The notes: generated from the letters alone by a model not told the origin. A stretch of 64,000 bases of DNA from Bacillales bacterium UBA4045 (GCA_002383695.1 DFZX01000038.1:23054-87053); one strand, 5' to 3'. Shown: positions 17,276 through 27,305, numbered from the stretch's first letter. Program-made: numbers and translations.

Positions 17276-17788
17276 ATGTCTAATGTCATAGGAATAACTG
17301 CACTAATCTATGTGTTAATCGCATTCTATACAGACATTCGCTGGATGATCATACCTAATAGGTTAATCCTAATGGCTACTACACTAGGATTTTTAGCTCA
17401 AGTGTATACCCATCAATGGACTGGACTGATTACCTCAATCTTAGGTTTGAGTGTTGCATTTGTTATAACATTTGGACTTTATCTTGTAAGAGCTGTCGGT
17501 GCAGGAGACGTAAAGGGATTGGCAGCACTTGGCGCCATAACAGGAGCTCAATTTGCTGTATCGGTTCTACTTGTCGCATTAATCTACGCGGGCTTTGTGG
17601 GCTTATTGATTATAGTCATTCGAGGGAGGATCGGATACTTAATCCAACATTGGTGGATCAGCATCATCTGCTTCTATTCTTCTCGCGAGAAAGAGCATCT
17701 CCGATTGATTGCGACTCATCGAGTGCATTCATTCCCATTTATGATAGCTGTACTGCCTGGATTTATTACATGTTTAATAACGATCTAG
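17276..17788 (+). CDS. A24-family prepilin peptidase (CpaA/TadV-like, no methyltransferase domain)
   Basis: Polytopic membrane protein with two catalytic-Asp contexts, YTDIRWMIIPN and GAGDVKGLAALG. Confidence 0.8.
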   Translation: MSNVIGITALIYVLIAFYTDIRWMIIPNRLILMATTLGFLAQVYTHQWTGLITSILGLSVAFVITFGLYLVRAVGAGDVKGLAALGAITGAQFAVSVLLVALIYAGFVGLLIIVIRGRIGYLIQHWWISIICFYSSREKEHLRLIATHRVHSFPFMIAVLPGFITCLITI

Positions 17789-17801
17789 GGGAGGGATTTA
17801 T

Positions 17802-18902
17802 ATGCTGCAGGAGCGATATGGTGTGAAATTTGATTATGATCAGCGCGATGGAACATACTTGGTCGTTTCGCTTGACGCCATACAGACCAAACGTATCGTA
17901 ACACATCAGCTTCAAATGTTATTGCACAACCAAATACCACAGCTACTTCATTTACAGGTAGATCTCATTAATGATAGTTATCGGCTCCAATATGATTTAA
18001 GTAATAAGAAAAGATTGTTCCAAACACTACAAACATGTCCGCCTACGATCCATTTATTCTACGAAATGGCCTATCGACTTGTTCAAACTATCGCTGACAG
18101 TAGTATGTATATATTGAATGAGGAGCAGTATATATTGCATAGTGATTTCATTTACTGTGGAAGAGATATAGCCGACCTGTATGTGTGTTATTTGCCACTT
18201 CCCACGATATACATGGTGCGAATTGAAGATCAATTGAGGCTACTGCTTCTAAGAATGCTTGCTTCCGTTGAAAGTCTATCTGGCGATCAGGGTGCAATTC
18301 TTAAGTTAATTCATATCTTACAGGATGAAGAGTACCTCATTGCTAATTTGAAGGATGTCCTTAAGGATGCGTGGATGAAGCAAGCAAAAGCTACAGCTGC
18401 TCCTAGACCAATTGCCATGCTAACGAGTGAAGGGAATAAAGGGACTCATCCTAGGCAACGACTATGGGTGAGATTTAAAAGCTTATTGTTCAAGCAGAAG
18501 ATGGTCAAAGCACAATATATAAAGCAAGAGCAGATCGCATTAAAGTCAATTACAGGAATTACAGAAGTACTCGTAAATAAGCAGGAAACCACATCTGATG
18601 AAATACAGGTAGTTATAAGTAAGAATGGTACCGATGAGGTAATTCCTTTTCTCGAAGAACGTTTCATCATAGGTAGACATCAATCTGGGGTACATTATGC
18701 GGATATCACGGAGGGGATTTCACGTGTTCATTGCGAATTTGTGAAATCAAATGATTCAATTGAGGTCAGGGATTTAGGCTCTTTGAATGGAAGCTATCTT
18801 AATGGTGAATTACTAGTACCCTATAAATCATATTCGTATCATTATGGTGATTTATTGAGAATCGTTACTACAGAAATACGAATAATAAGTTATTTTGCGT
18901 GA
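17802..18902 (+). CDS. FHA-domain protein (uncharacterised N-terminal domain + C-terminal FHA)
   Basis: C-terminal FHA signature IIGR...GISRVH...DLGSLNGSYLNG. It is the last gene of the Tad-like operon. Confidence 0.8.
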   Translation: MLQERYGVKFDYDQRDGTYLVVSLDAIQTKRIVTHQLQMLLHNQIPQLLHLQVDLINDSYRLQYDLSNKKRLFQTLQTCPPTIHLFYEMAYRLVQTIADSSMYILNEEQYILHSDFIYCGRDIADLYVCYLPLPTIYMVRIEDQLRLLLLRMLASVESLSGDQGAILKLIHILQDEEYLIANLKDVLKDAWMKQAKATAAPRPIAMLTSEGNKGTHPRQRLWVRFKSLLFKQKMVKAQYIKQEQIALKSITGITEVLVNKQETTSDEIQVVISKNGTDEVIPFLEERFIIGRHQSGVHYADITEGISRVHCEFVKSNDSIEVRDLGSLNGSYLNGELLVPYKSYSYHYGDLLRIVTTEIRIISYFA

Positions 18903-19066
18903 ACAGTTATCTTGGCAACCTGATGGATTGGGAATAGTATACGAGAATCGATTACGATATACCCTGATTTAGCTTTATATCCGGTTATGATTCCGCTTGC
19001 AACCTTATGTAGTCGATTATCATAGAGCTCAACTCTATTCTTATTCATAATTTCTTTCTCAAACAT
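18890..19066 (-). CDS. Small hypothetical protein (58 aa)
   Basis: AGGAG lies 10 nt upstream of the ATG for MFEKEIMNKNRVELYD... Convergent with the FHA gene and overlapping its end slightly. No family recognised. Confidence 0.3.
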   Translation of the reverse strand: MFEKEIMNKNRVELYDNRLHKVASGIITGYKAKSGYIVIDSRILFPIHQVAKITVHAK

Positions 19067-19215
19067 GATTATCATCTCCTATAATAGTAAAGACAATAAA
19101 CTAGCATAAACGTTGCATTCGACAAGATTTGCGAAAAAATGTTGAACAAAACAGTAGGGAAAGGTTATCATAGGATGGATTAACATATATTCTATGAACC
19201 AAAAGGAGAATTACC

Positions 19216-20235
19216 ATGAGTAAAGTAAGAGTTGCTGTTATTGGTTGTGGATCGATCGCGATTCATCGTCATGTTCCCGAATACGCGGACAACAATGCCG
19301 TTGAGCTTGTTGGTTTTTGTGATTTGAAGATTGAAAGAGCAGAGGAGCTGTCTGCCAAGCATGGTGGGACTGCTTATACTGATTACAAATTGATGTTCAG
19401 CGAATTACAAATTGACGCAGTAAGTGTTTGTTTACCAAATGCATTACATGCTCCGGTTTCAATAGCTGCTGCTAGAGCGGGTTATCATGTGTTGTGCGAA
19501 AAACCAATGGCTACAAATACAGAAGAAGCACAAGAGATGATCCAAGCAGCAATCGACAGTAATGTATACTTGATGGTTGGACATAATCAGCGATTGATGC
19601 CTCCTCATGAGAAGGCAAAGGAGATACTCTTAACGGGTGAGATGGGCAGAGTGATCTCATTCCGTACTGCCTTTGGTCATGGTGGTCCAGAAAATTGGAG
19701 TATTGATGGAGCGGGCAGTTGGTTTTTCCGAAAGGATGAGGCATATGTAGGGGCTATGGGAGATCTAGGTGTACATAAGGCTGATCTTATCCGCTGGATG
19801 TTAGATGACGAGGTAGTTGAAGTATCAGCCTTTGTAGAGAATCTAGATAAACCAGAATCAACCGTTGATGATAACGCTGTATGCTTATTTAGAATGGCAA
19901 AGGGTGCTATTGGAACAATGACCGCATCTTGGACCTATTATAAGGGTGAAGATAATTCAACAGTCTTATACTGTGAGAATGGTGTAATCAAGATTGGAAC
20001 GGATCCAGTTGATCAGGTTATTGTTGAAAAGCGTGATGGACAGGTTGATCGATATAATGTTGGTGCAATTGCAACGAACGATGCGCAAGTAGGAAGTGGA
20101 ATCATTGCATCGTTTATCTATTCCATTCTTACTCATACTACACCAAGCATTACGGGTGAAGAGGGACTCAAATCTTTACAAGTTATCATAGCTTGTCTTG
20201 AAAGTGCTGCAACGCGTAAGAATGTTAGAGTTTAA
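19216..20235 (+). CDS. Gfo/Idh/MocA-family NAD(P)-dependent oxidoreductase
   Basis: N-terminal Rossmann VAVIGCGSIA, the EKP motif (CEKPMA) and a C-terminal alpha/beta domain. Confidence 0.85.
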   Translation: MSKVRVAVIGCGSIAIHRHVPEYADNNAVELVGFCDLKIERAEELSAKHGGTAYTDYKLMFSELQIDAVSVCLPNALHAPVSIAAARAGYHVLCEKPMATNTEEAQEMIQAAIDSNVYLMVGHNQRLMPPHEKAKEILLTGEMGRVISFRTAFGHGGPENWSIDGAGSWFFRKDEAYVGAMGDLGVHKADLIRWMLDDEVVEVSAFVENLDKPESTVDDNAVCLFRMAKGAIGTMTASWTYYKGEDNSTVLYCENGVIKIGTDPVDQVIVEKRDGQVDRYNVGAIATNDAQVGSGIIASFIYSILTHTTPSITGEEGLKSLQVIIACLESAATRKNVRV

Positions 20236-20245
20236 AATGTAGACA

Positions 20246-21094
20246 CTAGCTTTCAATTTCAACTTTTTTCTCATCGGTTATTTGCAGTTTCTCTTGGAGC
20301 TCAGCTTTCTTCAATTCAATGAGCTCCTTAGATTCTGTGCTCAAGTGTGTAAAAGGATGACGTAGTGCTTCTACAAAGCTTTCATGTGCCAGAGTAAGCT
20401 CATTGTTATTCATCTGTATAAGACCTAGATGATAATAAGCTTCCGGGAATTTCGGTTTTAATGGAATCAGCTTTTTATAGATGTCCTCAGCTTTCGTCCA
20501 TTCGTTCATCTGTATGTAATTTAGGCCTAGATTGTCGAGAATGACAGTATTCGTATCGTTATAATCGTAAGCTTCCAGATTATAGGCTAATGCTCGTTCT
20601 AAATCTCCTTTCTCAACATATAAACACCCTAAGCTTCCGTATAAAACGGAGGTTTTCATTCGTTCATTAATCTCTTCTAGCATGCTAATTGCTTCATCGA
20701 GGCGATTCTGCTTCCAGCGAACTAACGCTAAATTCATATCGATCGATGTGCGCTGAGCTTGTGATGTACTCGAAGTTCGAAGCTTCTCCAATACTTTCTC
20801 TGCATCATTCAGATCTCCATATTTTAATAGATTATAGCCATAGGTAATGGCAACTTGATGATGAGTGGTATTCACTTTATAAGCTTTTTCCAGCCACTTT
20901 AAGGATAAAGCCTGATCACCTTTAAGATGAGCTGCATTGGCCAGAGAGGCAAATAAGTTGTTTCGCTTAGTAAATATGAGGTATGCTAGAAAAACAAATA
21001 TAGCTAATATACCTAACAGGACATGCTTAGTGAATGCTGTGAAAATTATAAAAGCGATAATGATAAAGCCTGAAATGCGAGTAACCAGTTTCAT
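20246..21094 (-). CDS. Membrane-anchored tetratricopeptide-repeat protein
   Basis: Two N-terminal TM helices followed by repeated A-x-x-Y/L-x-x-A TPR-like units. Confidence 0.75.
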   Translation of the reverse strand: MKLVTRISGFIIIAFIIFTAFTKHVLLGILAIFVFLAYLIFTKRNNLFASLANAAHLKGDQALSLKWLEKAYKVNTTHHQVAITYGYNLLKYGDLNDAEKVLEKLRTSSTSQAQRTSIDMNLALVRWKQNRLDEAISMLEEINERMKTSVLYGSLGCLYVEKGDLERALAYNLEAYDYNDTNTVILDNLGLNYIQMNEWTKAEDIYKKLIPLKPKFPEAYYHLGLIQMNNNELTLAHESFVEALRHPFTHLSTESKELIELKKAELQEKLQITDEKKVEIES

Positions 21095-21194
21095 GAGTAA
21101 CCTCCAGCATTATTGAGTTGCTAACAAGTATACAGAAAATCGGATACGAACTCAACGAAATGAAGGAGTAGAAGAGAACAGAGGGAGGTTAAGT

Positions 21195-21593
21195 ATGAGT
21201 ACAGAATTAAAAGAGGGAATATTATGTGAGGTACATTATAAGACAGGGCGGTATATCGCACAATTTGTTGAACGTTCACAGAACAATAGCTCCAGAGCTG
21301 TTGTAAAGATTATCTCGGTATTGGAGCATCCGGAGCAGGGGGATTTGCACCATCCCTATGTAGCTGATGTACCTATGTTCCATCAACGCAAGGCATCTGC
21401 TTATATGGAACACGTGCTTCTTCCGATGAATTTGATCAAGGTATATGATGGTGAGGCACTTGATTATCAATCCTCCCTAGCTCATGCATGGCAAATTCAG
21501 ATGCAGGAGTTAGCTAGAAAGGATGATGAATGGTCGAATAAAGCGAGGGAGCAATTGCTACTATTGAAGATAGAATATGGCTTCGAGTCTTAA
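21195..21593 (+). CDS. kapB: Kinase-associated protein B (KapB)-like SH3-fold protein
   Basis: Size (132 aa), N-terminal YKTGRYIAQF, and HPEQGDLHHP...ADVPMFHQRKA, as I recall for B. subtilis KapB. There is no kinB neighbour. Confidence 0.6.
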   Translation: MSTELKEGILCEVHYKTGRYIAQFVERSQNNSSRAVVKIISVLEHPEQGDLHHPYVADVPMFHQRKASAYMEHVLLPMNLIKVYDGEALDYQSSLAHAWQIQMQELARKDDEWSNKAREQLLLLKIEYGFES

Positions 21594-22402
21594 TTGTTCA
21601 GCATCATGAGTTTAATGAGTTTTTCTGGGTAATCTGTTATAATGCTCGCTACACCAACATTTAGCATACGATTCATTTCCTTCTCATCATTAACGGTCCA
21701 TACATGAACTTCTTTATTATATTTGGCAGTTTTCTTCATAAAACTACTGTTAACCGCAGAGCTTTTAACACTAATGATATTGATGTCACTGTTAAGGAAG
21801 GTTTGATTAACCTGCTTTTGCGATTTTACAATTAATCCGGTTTTAATATTTGGATTCTTCTTTTTTATCCGTTCGATTGCTTTGCGATCGAATGAAGTTA
21901 CGATGCTTGAATTTACAAAACCGTTATTCTCTAATAAGATAACTACTTTATCAGGTAATTTGCTCTTTGGATTATACATCTTAAGCTCAATATTTAACTT
22001 AATCTTATTCTGAGCAATGATAAGAATTTCTTCGAGAGTAGGTACACGTTCACCTGTATATACATGATCAAACCATTGTCCCGCATCAGAATTAATGATA
22101 TCGCTGTAATTTAATTTATCAATAGCAGTGGGGTTACCAAGCTTCTTCAGTGTTTCGTCGTGATATACTACAACCACACCATCTGCACTCATCTGAACAT
22201 CAATTTCAGCAAAACCAGCACCATCTTGAATCGCTCTTAGGATCGAGCTCTTGGTATTCTCTGGCGCTGTTGACGAGCTTCCACGATGCGCGGTAATCAT
22301 GTCTAGGGTTCGTAATGCATCTACAGTTGTCGAGGTATTAAAGACGATTATGATGATAAACATAAGAATGGAGGATAGGATTGCCTTTAGCATGATGCTC
22401 AC
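21590..22402 (-). CDS. Membrane-anchored glycerophosphodiester phosphodiesterase
   Basis: N-terminal TM helix, then HRGSSSTAPENT, EIDVQMSADGVVVVYHD and WTVND motifs. Confidence 0.85.
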   Translation of the reverse strand: MSIMLKAILSSILMFIIIIVFNTSTTVDALRTLDMITAHRGSSSTAPENTKSSILRAIQDGAGFAEIDVQMSADGVVVVYHDETLKKLGNPTAIDKLNYSDIINSDAGQWFDHVYTGERVPTLEEILIIAQNKIKLNIELKMYNPKSKLPDKVVILLENNGFVNSSIVTSFDRKAIERIKKKNPNIKTGLIVKSQKQVNQTFLNSDINIISVKSSAVNSSFMKKTAKYNKEVHVWTVNDEKEMNRMLNVGVASIITDYPEKLIKLMMLNN

Positions 22403-22490
22403 TCCCTTTGTCGGGATCTAGGTGGTTAAGATTAATTCTTATATTACTATAATAATCGATTATGGTAGCGCTTACAAGGTGCGAAACAAT

Positions 22491-22527
22491 AAAAAGGTCG
22501 ACATATTATGTATATGTCGACCTTTTT
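22491..22527 (-). terminator. Rho-independent (bidirectional-looking) terminator after the cytochrome c gene
   Basis: aaaaaggtcgacatat / atatgtcgaccttttt form a perfect 16-bp stem flanked by A- and T-runs. Confidence 0.7.
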
Positions 22528-22535
22528 CATTATCA

Positions 22536-22889
22536 TTATTTTTTCTCGCTAAGCCACTTGGAAAGATTAACAATTTGTTCAGAGCTTAGATCGTTTTTGA
22601 AGCCAGGCATTCCGCCGCCACCGTTCTCAATTTTGCGAGCAATCTGCTGAGCATCTAAGCGCGCTCCTACATCGCTAATTGCAGGTCCGCCACCGCCTTT
22701 TAACTGATCTCCATGGCACATTAAGCAGGATTGTTCATAAACAGCTACAGCTGCTTCAACATTCAAGGGTACATCAACAGGGGGTGCCGCTTCTTCATGT
22801 GACCCTTGTTCAGGGATAGTTGTGAAGAGAATTGATAAACCTAGAAGACAAGCAGCGCAGAATACAGCAAACATCGTCCATTTATACAT
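22536..22889 (-). CDS. Membrane-bound c-type cytochrome (c-550/c-551 family)
   Basis: N-terminal hydrophobic anchor and the CLMCHG haem-binding motif. The size (117 aa) is typical of CccA/CccB. Confidence 0.85.
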   Translation of the reverse strand: MYKWTMFAVFCAACLLGLSILFTTIPEQGSHEEAAPPVDVPLNVEAAVAVYEQSCLMCHGDQLKGGGGPAISDVGARLDAQQIARKIENGGGGMPGFKNDLSSEQIVNLSKWLSEKK

Positions 22890-22951
22890 TTTTTCGCTCC
22901 TCCTTTTCTTAACATATTATCGTGTTTTTTGAGTAGTTTTACAAGAGCTTG

Positions 22952-22967
22952 TGTGATTGATTTCACT
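22952..22967. promoter_or_regulatory. Candidate Fnr/Crp-type box (one mismatch) upstream of the cytochrome c gene
   Basis: TGTGA-ttgatt-TCACT lies 63 nt upstream of the minus-strand start at 22889. Confidence 0.4.
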
Positions 22968-23057
22968 AAATTGTCTTATTTATAAGGATGAAATTCATCA
23001 AATGTGTCATAATGAACATAATTCTGATCTAGTTTTTGAAGGGAGTGAGCTGTCAAA

Positions 23058-23576
23058 TTGTTCGATCCAACGATCTACGATAATTTAAAGGTTGTATTAG
23101 AGGGTGAGCTCTATGATCGCGATCTAAGTGAACATATTCAGATTGTTGATCGTTCCGATATTGTAGACCTAGCGGTAATGTCTCGCATGTTCATTATGAG
23201 ATTCCAAGCTCCTGGTCATCCAGAATCTGTTGCAGAGGTCAAATTACACGCCGGTGCAGAGGACTTAGCAGGGGAGATCGCGGAGGCTAATAATCCAACC
23301 ATAGGATGCCGCATTCATGTAGGGTATCGTGTTCGCTCTACAGGTGACTACATGGTTGCTGAGGAAGCAGCCAACACAATAAAGAAACATCTGATAAAAG
23401 TATGGGGTAAAGAAACCGTAATTGCTCAAGAATTATGTTTTTTCCCGAATGTTCACAAGGACACTCCGATGTATGAGTGTAGAAGTACGATAGAATTCGG
23501 TAGGAAGATAACAGAGGAGCAGATAGGTGATATCCCACGTCTAGTCGATCATCTTATTCTGACCTTACAACAATAA
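23058..23576 (+). CDS. Conserved hypothetical protein
   Basis: Clean 172-aa ORF with GAAGGGAG upstream of a TTG start. No family recognised. Confidence 0.55.
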   Translation: MFDPTIYDNLKVVLEGELYDRDLSEHIQIVDRSDIVDLAVMSRMFIMRFQAPGHPESVAEVKLHAGAEDLAGEIAEANNPTIGCRIHVGYRVRSTGDYMVAEEAANTIKKHLIKVWGKETVIAQELCFFPNVHKDTPMYECRSTIEFGRKITEEQIGDIPRLVDHLILTLQQ

Positions 23577-23584
23577 CAATAACA

Positions 23585-24649
23585 ATGACTCAAAAGGGGA
23601 TTAATCATTTGAAGACATCAGTTAAAGTCGGATTAATCGGTTATGGATTTGGCGGAGCTGTCTTTCACGCTCCAATGATAACCGCAGTACAAGGGTTTGA
23701 ACTTTCTGTTATTTACACAAGTAATGAAGAGAAAGTTAAGCTTACTTATCCAGATGTGCTCGTTACCACAAACTTAGCTGATATATGGAATGATACAGAA
23801 GTTGAACTTATTGTTATATCGACACCTAATACTACACATTATGAGCTTGCTAAGAGTGCCTTAGAAGCAGGAAAACATGTTGTTATTGATAAGCCTTTCG
23901 TCATCAATCTAACAGAAGGTGAAGAGCTGATTCAATTAGCTAAGGAAAGAGGTAAACAGCTTAGTGTATATCAATGTCGTAGATGGGATAGTGATTTCCA
24001 AACGGTTCGCCGATTAATTGCCGAGGATACATTTGGTGAAATCTATTCGTTCGAAGCTCACTATGATCGATTCCGTCCAGAGGTTAAAGATCGCTGGAAA
24101 GAGAAGAATGAGCCAGGCTCGGGAACTTTGTATGACTTAGGATCGCACCTAATCGATCAAGCCCTACAATTATTCGGAAATCCCCTAACGGTAACTGCTG
24201 ATTGTTTAGCACAACGTCAAGGCTCTGAGGTTAATGATTATTTTCATCTGATTCTCGGGTATGGGAGCTGTAGAGTTATTCTTCATTCCGGATCATTAGT
24301 AAGAGGCAGAGGACCTAGATATCAAATTCATGGCAGTAAAGCAAGCTTTATTAAGTTTGGTGAAGACCCACAGGAGAAGACTCTGCTCGAAGGTCTGCGT
24401 CCAGGTATGACGGGTTGGGGGCAAGAGGATGAAACCGAATATGGTGAATTGATTACCTCCGATGGGGCTGCCAATGTTAAGATTCCATCAGAAGTAGGCG
24501 CATATGAACAATTCTATGAGTGTATGTATGAAGCCATTGTTAACCATAGGCCTGTACCGGCGGTCGCAGAACAATCCTTGGATGTTATTCGTGTCATTCA
24601 GCTTGCTGAGCTGAGCAGTGCAGAGGGCAGAACCTTAAAATTCCAGTAA
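23585..24649 (+). CDS. Gfo/Idh/MocA-family oxidoreductase
   Basis: VGLIGYGFGG Rossmann motif, DKPF motif and a C-terminal dimerisation domain. Confidence 0.85.
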   Translation: MTQKGINHLKTSVKVGLIGYGFGGAVFHAPMITAVQGFELSVIYTSNEEKVKLTYPDVLVTTNLADIWNDTEVELIVISTPNTTHYELAKSALEAGKHVVIDKPFVINLTEGEELIQLAKERGKQLSVYQCRRWDSDFQTVRRLIAEDTFGEIYSFEAHYDRFRPEVKDRWKEKNEPGSGTLYDLGSHLIDQALQLFGNPLTVTADCLAQRQGSEVNDYFHLILGYGSCRVILHSGSLVRGRGPRYQIHGSKASFIKFGEDPQEKTLLEGLRPGMTGWGQEDETEYGELITSDGAANVKIPSEVGAYEQFYECMYEAIVNHRPVPAVAEQSLDVIRVIQLAELSSAEGRTLKFQ

Positions 24650-24688
24650 AATAAGCCATTCACTTAATGAGATCGTACTTCCATTGGC

Positions 24689-24717
24689 AAAGGATAACAT
24701 CATCGATGTTATCCTTT
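24689..24717 (+). terminator. Probable intrinsic terminator
   Basis: aaaggataacatc / gatgttatccttt stem, followed by a T-rich tract. Confidence 0.55.
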
Positions 24718-24857
24718 ACTTTGGTTTTCTTCAACTGAACATATTGTCAATATAAGCTTCATATGTTATACATTTTAGAATAGATCAAATCAAGTCGAAA
24801 AATGTCAATAACTTTTCACGCATCTAGTTGTGATACTTCATAGGAGGGGAAGAGGTC

Positions 24858-26030
24858 GTGAGAACAACTATGACGAACAAAAGGGAATATATGAATCACG
24901 CTCAGTATTCCTCTTCACAAGCGATAATAGATCTTGATCAGTTAAAGGTTAATTTGGCTGTGATTGCTGGGAAGTGTGCTGCTCATGTGAAGCTGATGGC
25001 GGTAGTTAAAGCTGATGCTTACGGACATGGTGCAGAACGTATTGCTCAAACTGCGTTAAGCGCTGGAGCGGATTGTTTAGCAGTTGCGAATATCTCAGAA
25101 GGTGTTTATTTGAGAAACTCTAATATAACTGCAATGATTCTAATTCTAGGTGTACTCAACCATAAATGGATACCCGCATTATTCGATAATCTTTTAACGC
25201 CATCGATTAGTTCCATCCAAGAAGCAAAGCTTATTCACGAATATGGAGAATCAATCAAACAAAGATGTAAGGTACACATACGAATTGAGGTAAGTGGTGG
25301 CACATTAGGTGTTCAAGATCAACGGAATCTTCAATTAATCAGAGCAATTAGCCAAATGGAATACATAGAGCTAGAAGGTTTATATACGCATCTTCCATCC
25401 GCTTACGCGGATGACTTAACAAAGGCAAAGCATGATTTAATCATGTTCGATGCTCTGTTAGGCCAGCTCCAAAAGCTAGGGATATTCATACCTCTTATCC
25501 ATGCTGCTAGTAGTCCTGCGATTCTGACGCTACCTATAGCACATTATAATCTGGTTAGATGTGGGATACTCATGTATGGGCTCCCTGCTATCAACAATCA
25601 ACTTTTTCTTGCGGTGAAACCCATTATGCGAATTCAATCTGAGATTATCGGTTACAAACAGATTGAGCCTGGAAGCACATATGGTTATGCGAATAAATTT
25701 GTTACTGATAAATTAATGGATGTTGCTGTAATTCCCTTCGGTTATGGAGATGGAAGCTTTATGTTCTATCTTCAACAGGGTGAGGTACTAATTCGTGGGT
25801 TACGTTTCGCAATTATAGGTCAGATCTATATGGATCACTTTCTAGTTGATGTAAGTAACTATCATACTGAGTTAGGTGATGAGGTAATTATCCTAGGCGA
25901 GCAAGGCAGTCAGTGTATAGCTGCTCTAGATATAGCGGAACGCGCATCAATAGGACGATTAAATAGTGATTTAATTTGCTTGTTAAGTGGGCGTGTGCCT
26001 AGGATTTACATCGAGGAGCGGTCGGAATGA
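24858..26030 (+). CDS. alr: Alanine racemase
   Basis: PLP-Lys motif VVKADAYGHG and overall alr length (390 aa). AGGAGGGG RBS before GTG 24858. Confidence 0.85.
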   Translation: MRTTMTNKREYMNHAQYSSSQAIIDLDQLKVNLAVIAGKCAAHVKLMAVVKADAYGHGAERIAQTALSAGADCLAVANISEGVYLRNSNITAMILILGVLNHKWIPALFDNLLTPSISSIQEAKLIHEYGESIKQRCKVHIRIEVSGGTLGVQDQRNLQLIRAISQMEYIELEGLYTHLPSAYADDLTKAKHDLIMFDALLGQLQKLGIFIPLIHAASSPAILTLPIAHYNLVRCGILMYGLPAINNQLFLAVKPIMRIQSEIIGYKQIEPGSTYGYANKFVTDKLMDVAVIPFGYGDGSFMFYLQQGEVLIRGLRFAIIGQIYMDHFLVDVSNYHTELGDEVIILGEQGSQCIAALDIAERASIGRLNSDLICLLSGRVPRIYIEERSE

Positions 26031-26129
26031 TAGTGGCCAAGATGAGATCCGATTTGATCATTGCTGTTTCCATATTCAGAGAGAGAAGCCCATAGGGATA
26101 CCCGAAAGTGGAATTGGAGGCGAAATGTA

Positions 26130-27305
26130 ATGAAGCGACTCATTAAAAATTATATAGGTTTGTTCGTTATAGTCATAACGCTATTCACCGTATTATCAGT
26201 CTCGCTAGCAGATGAAACGTCAGAGATTGCTGGAAGCACTGCTCCTCAGATGAATGGTGGTCAGAAATGGCGAGTTGGCTATGCAGAGACCGATCCATAT
26301 GGGAACTTCGCAGGCACTCTATATGGATTAGTGATTGGTTTGGAGAAGCTGGGCTGGATATCAGGGGTTACAGACCGTGATTTCCCTTATGTGTCTGGAC
26401 AAGACGAGAGTAAAGCGATGTGGACATGGCTTGCTTCACATGATATAGGTCCATATATTGAATTTGTGAAAGATGCACACTATTCGTTTATTGAGGATGA
26501 GCTAGGCATAGAAGAGCAAATTAATAATCGTTTGATCAATGATCAAGACCTTGATCTCATGATCGTGATGGGTACATTAGCAGGCACTAAGGTCGCTACA
26601 GATAAGCATCAAATACCAACGCTAGTATTCTCTTCTAGTAATGCGGTTGGTTCGGGAATTATTCAATCAGTAGCGGATTCAGGCCATGATCACATATGGG
26701 CTCATATGGATCAAGATCGGTATATTCGTCAGGTAGAAGTATTCCATGATATCTTCAGCTACAAGTCACTAGGTATGGTCTACGAAAATTCTGAGCTCGG
26801 TCGTATTTATGCAGCAGTTGCCGATGTTGAGGGATTCGCGGAGGAACGAAGCTTCAGTATTGTTCGAGAATTTGTTAAGGAACCTAAATCAGATGAAGAA
26901 TTCGATCAATATTATAAGGATATTAAAGCGGCTAATACAGAGCTTGCTAGCAAAGTGGATGCGATGTACATCACACTCGGACCATGGGACGTGAAGATGC
27001 TTCCGGAGCTGCTACAGCCGTTTATCGATAAGAAGATTCCTGTATTCTCACAGCTTGGACCAGAGGAAGTCACACATGGTGCACTCCTGAGCCTGGCTAG
27101 ACCGAACTTTGATGGAGTTGGATTATTCGGTGCAGACACCATAGCTAAGGTATTAAATGGAACATCACCTCGTGAGCTGCCTCAGGTTTACGGAGATACA
27201 CCTAGTATTGTCTTGAATTTGGAGGTTGCCGATCTGATTGGATACCAGATCCCGTTCGATATTCTATTAGCGGCAGATGAAATTATACCTGAAATCACAA
27301 GGTAA
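26130..27305 (+). CDS. Secreted periplasmic-binding-protein-fold protein (ABC_sub_bind / COG2984-like)
   Basis: Signal peptide MKRLIKNYIGLFVIVITLFTVLSVSLA/DE. The C-terminal pattern GADTIAKVLNGTSPRELPQ...LNLEVADLIGYQIP is typical of that family as I recall it. The start was trimmed to ATG 26130, after GGAGG. Confidence 0.65.
   Translation: MKRLIKNYIGLFVIVITLFTVLSVSLADETSEIAGSTAPQMNGGQKWRVGYAETDPYGNFAGTLYGLVIGLEKLGWISGVTDRDFPYVSGQDESKAMWTWLASHDIGPYIEFVKDAHYSFIEDELGIEEQINNRLINDQDLDLMIVMGTLAGTKVATDKHQIPTLVFSSSNAVGSGIIQSVADSGHDHIWAHMDQDRYIRQVEVFHDIFSYKSLGMVYENSELGRIYAAVADVEGFAEERSFSIVREFVKEPKSDEEFDQYYKDIKAANTELASKVDAMYITLGPWDVKMLPELLQPFIDKKIPVFSQLGPEEVTHGALLSLARPNFDGVGLFGADTIAKVLNGTSPRELPQVYGDTPSIVLNLEVADLIGYQIPFDILLAADEIIPEITR

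Noticed and set aside
17416-17826. 136-aa ORF overlapping the prepilin peptidase gene in another frame
   Set aside because: The Cys/Arg-rich translation is typical of an off-frame read. The peptidase frame has conserved A24 motifs and a proper RBS.
22462-22650. 62-aa plus-strand ORF spanning the terminator and the 3' end of the cytochrome c gene
   Set aside because: It overlaps a clear terminator hairpin and is antisense to a well-supported CDS. It has no RBS.
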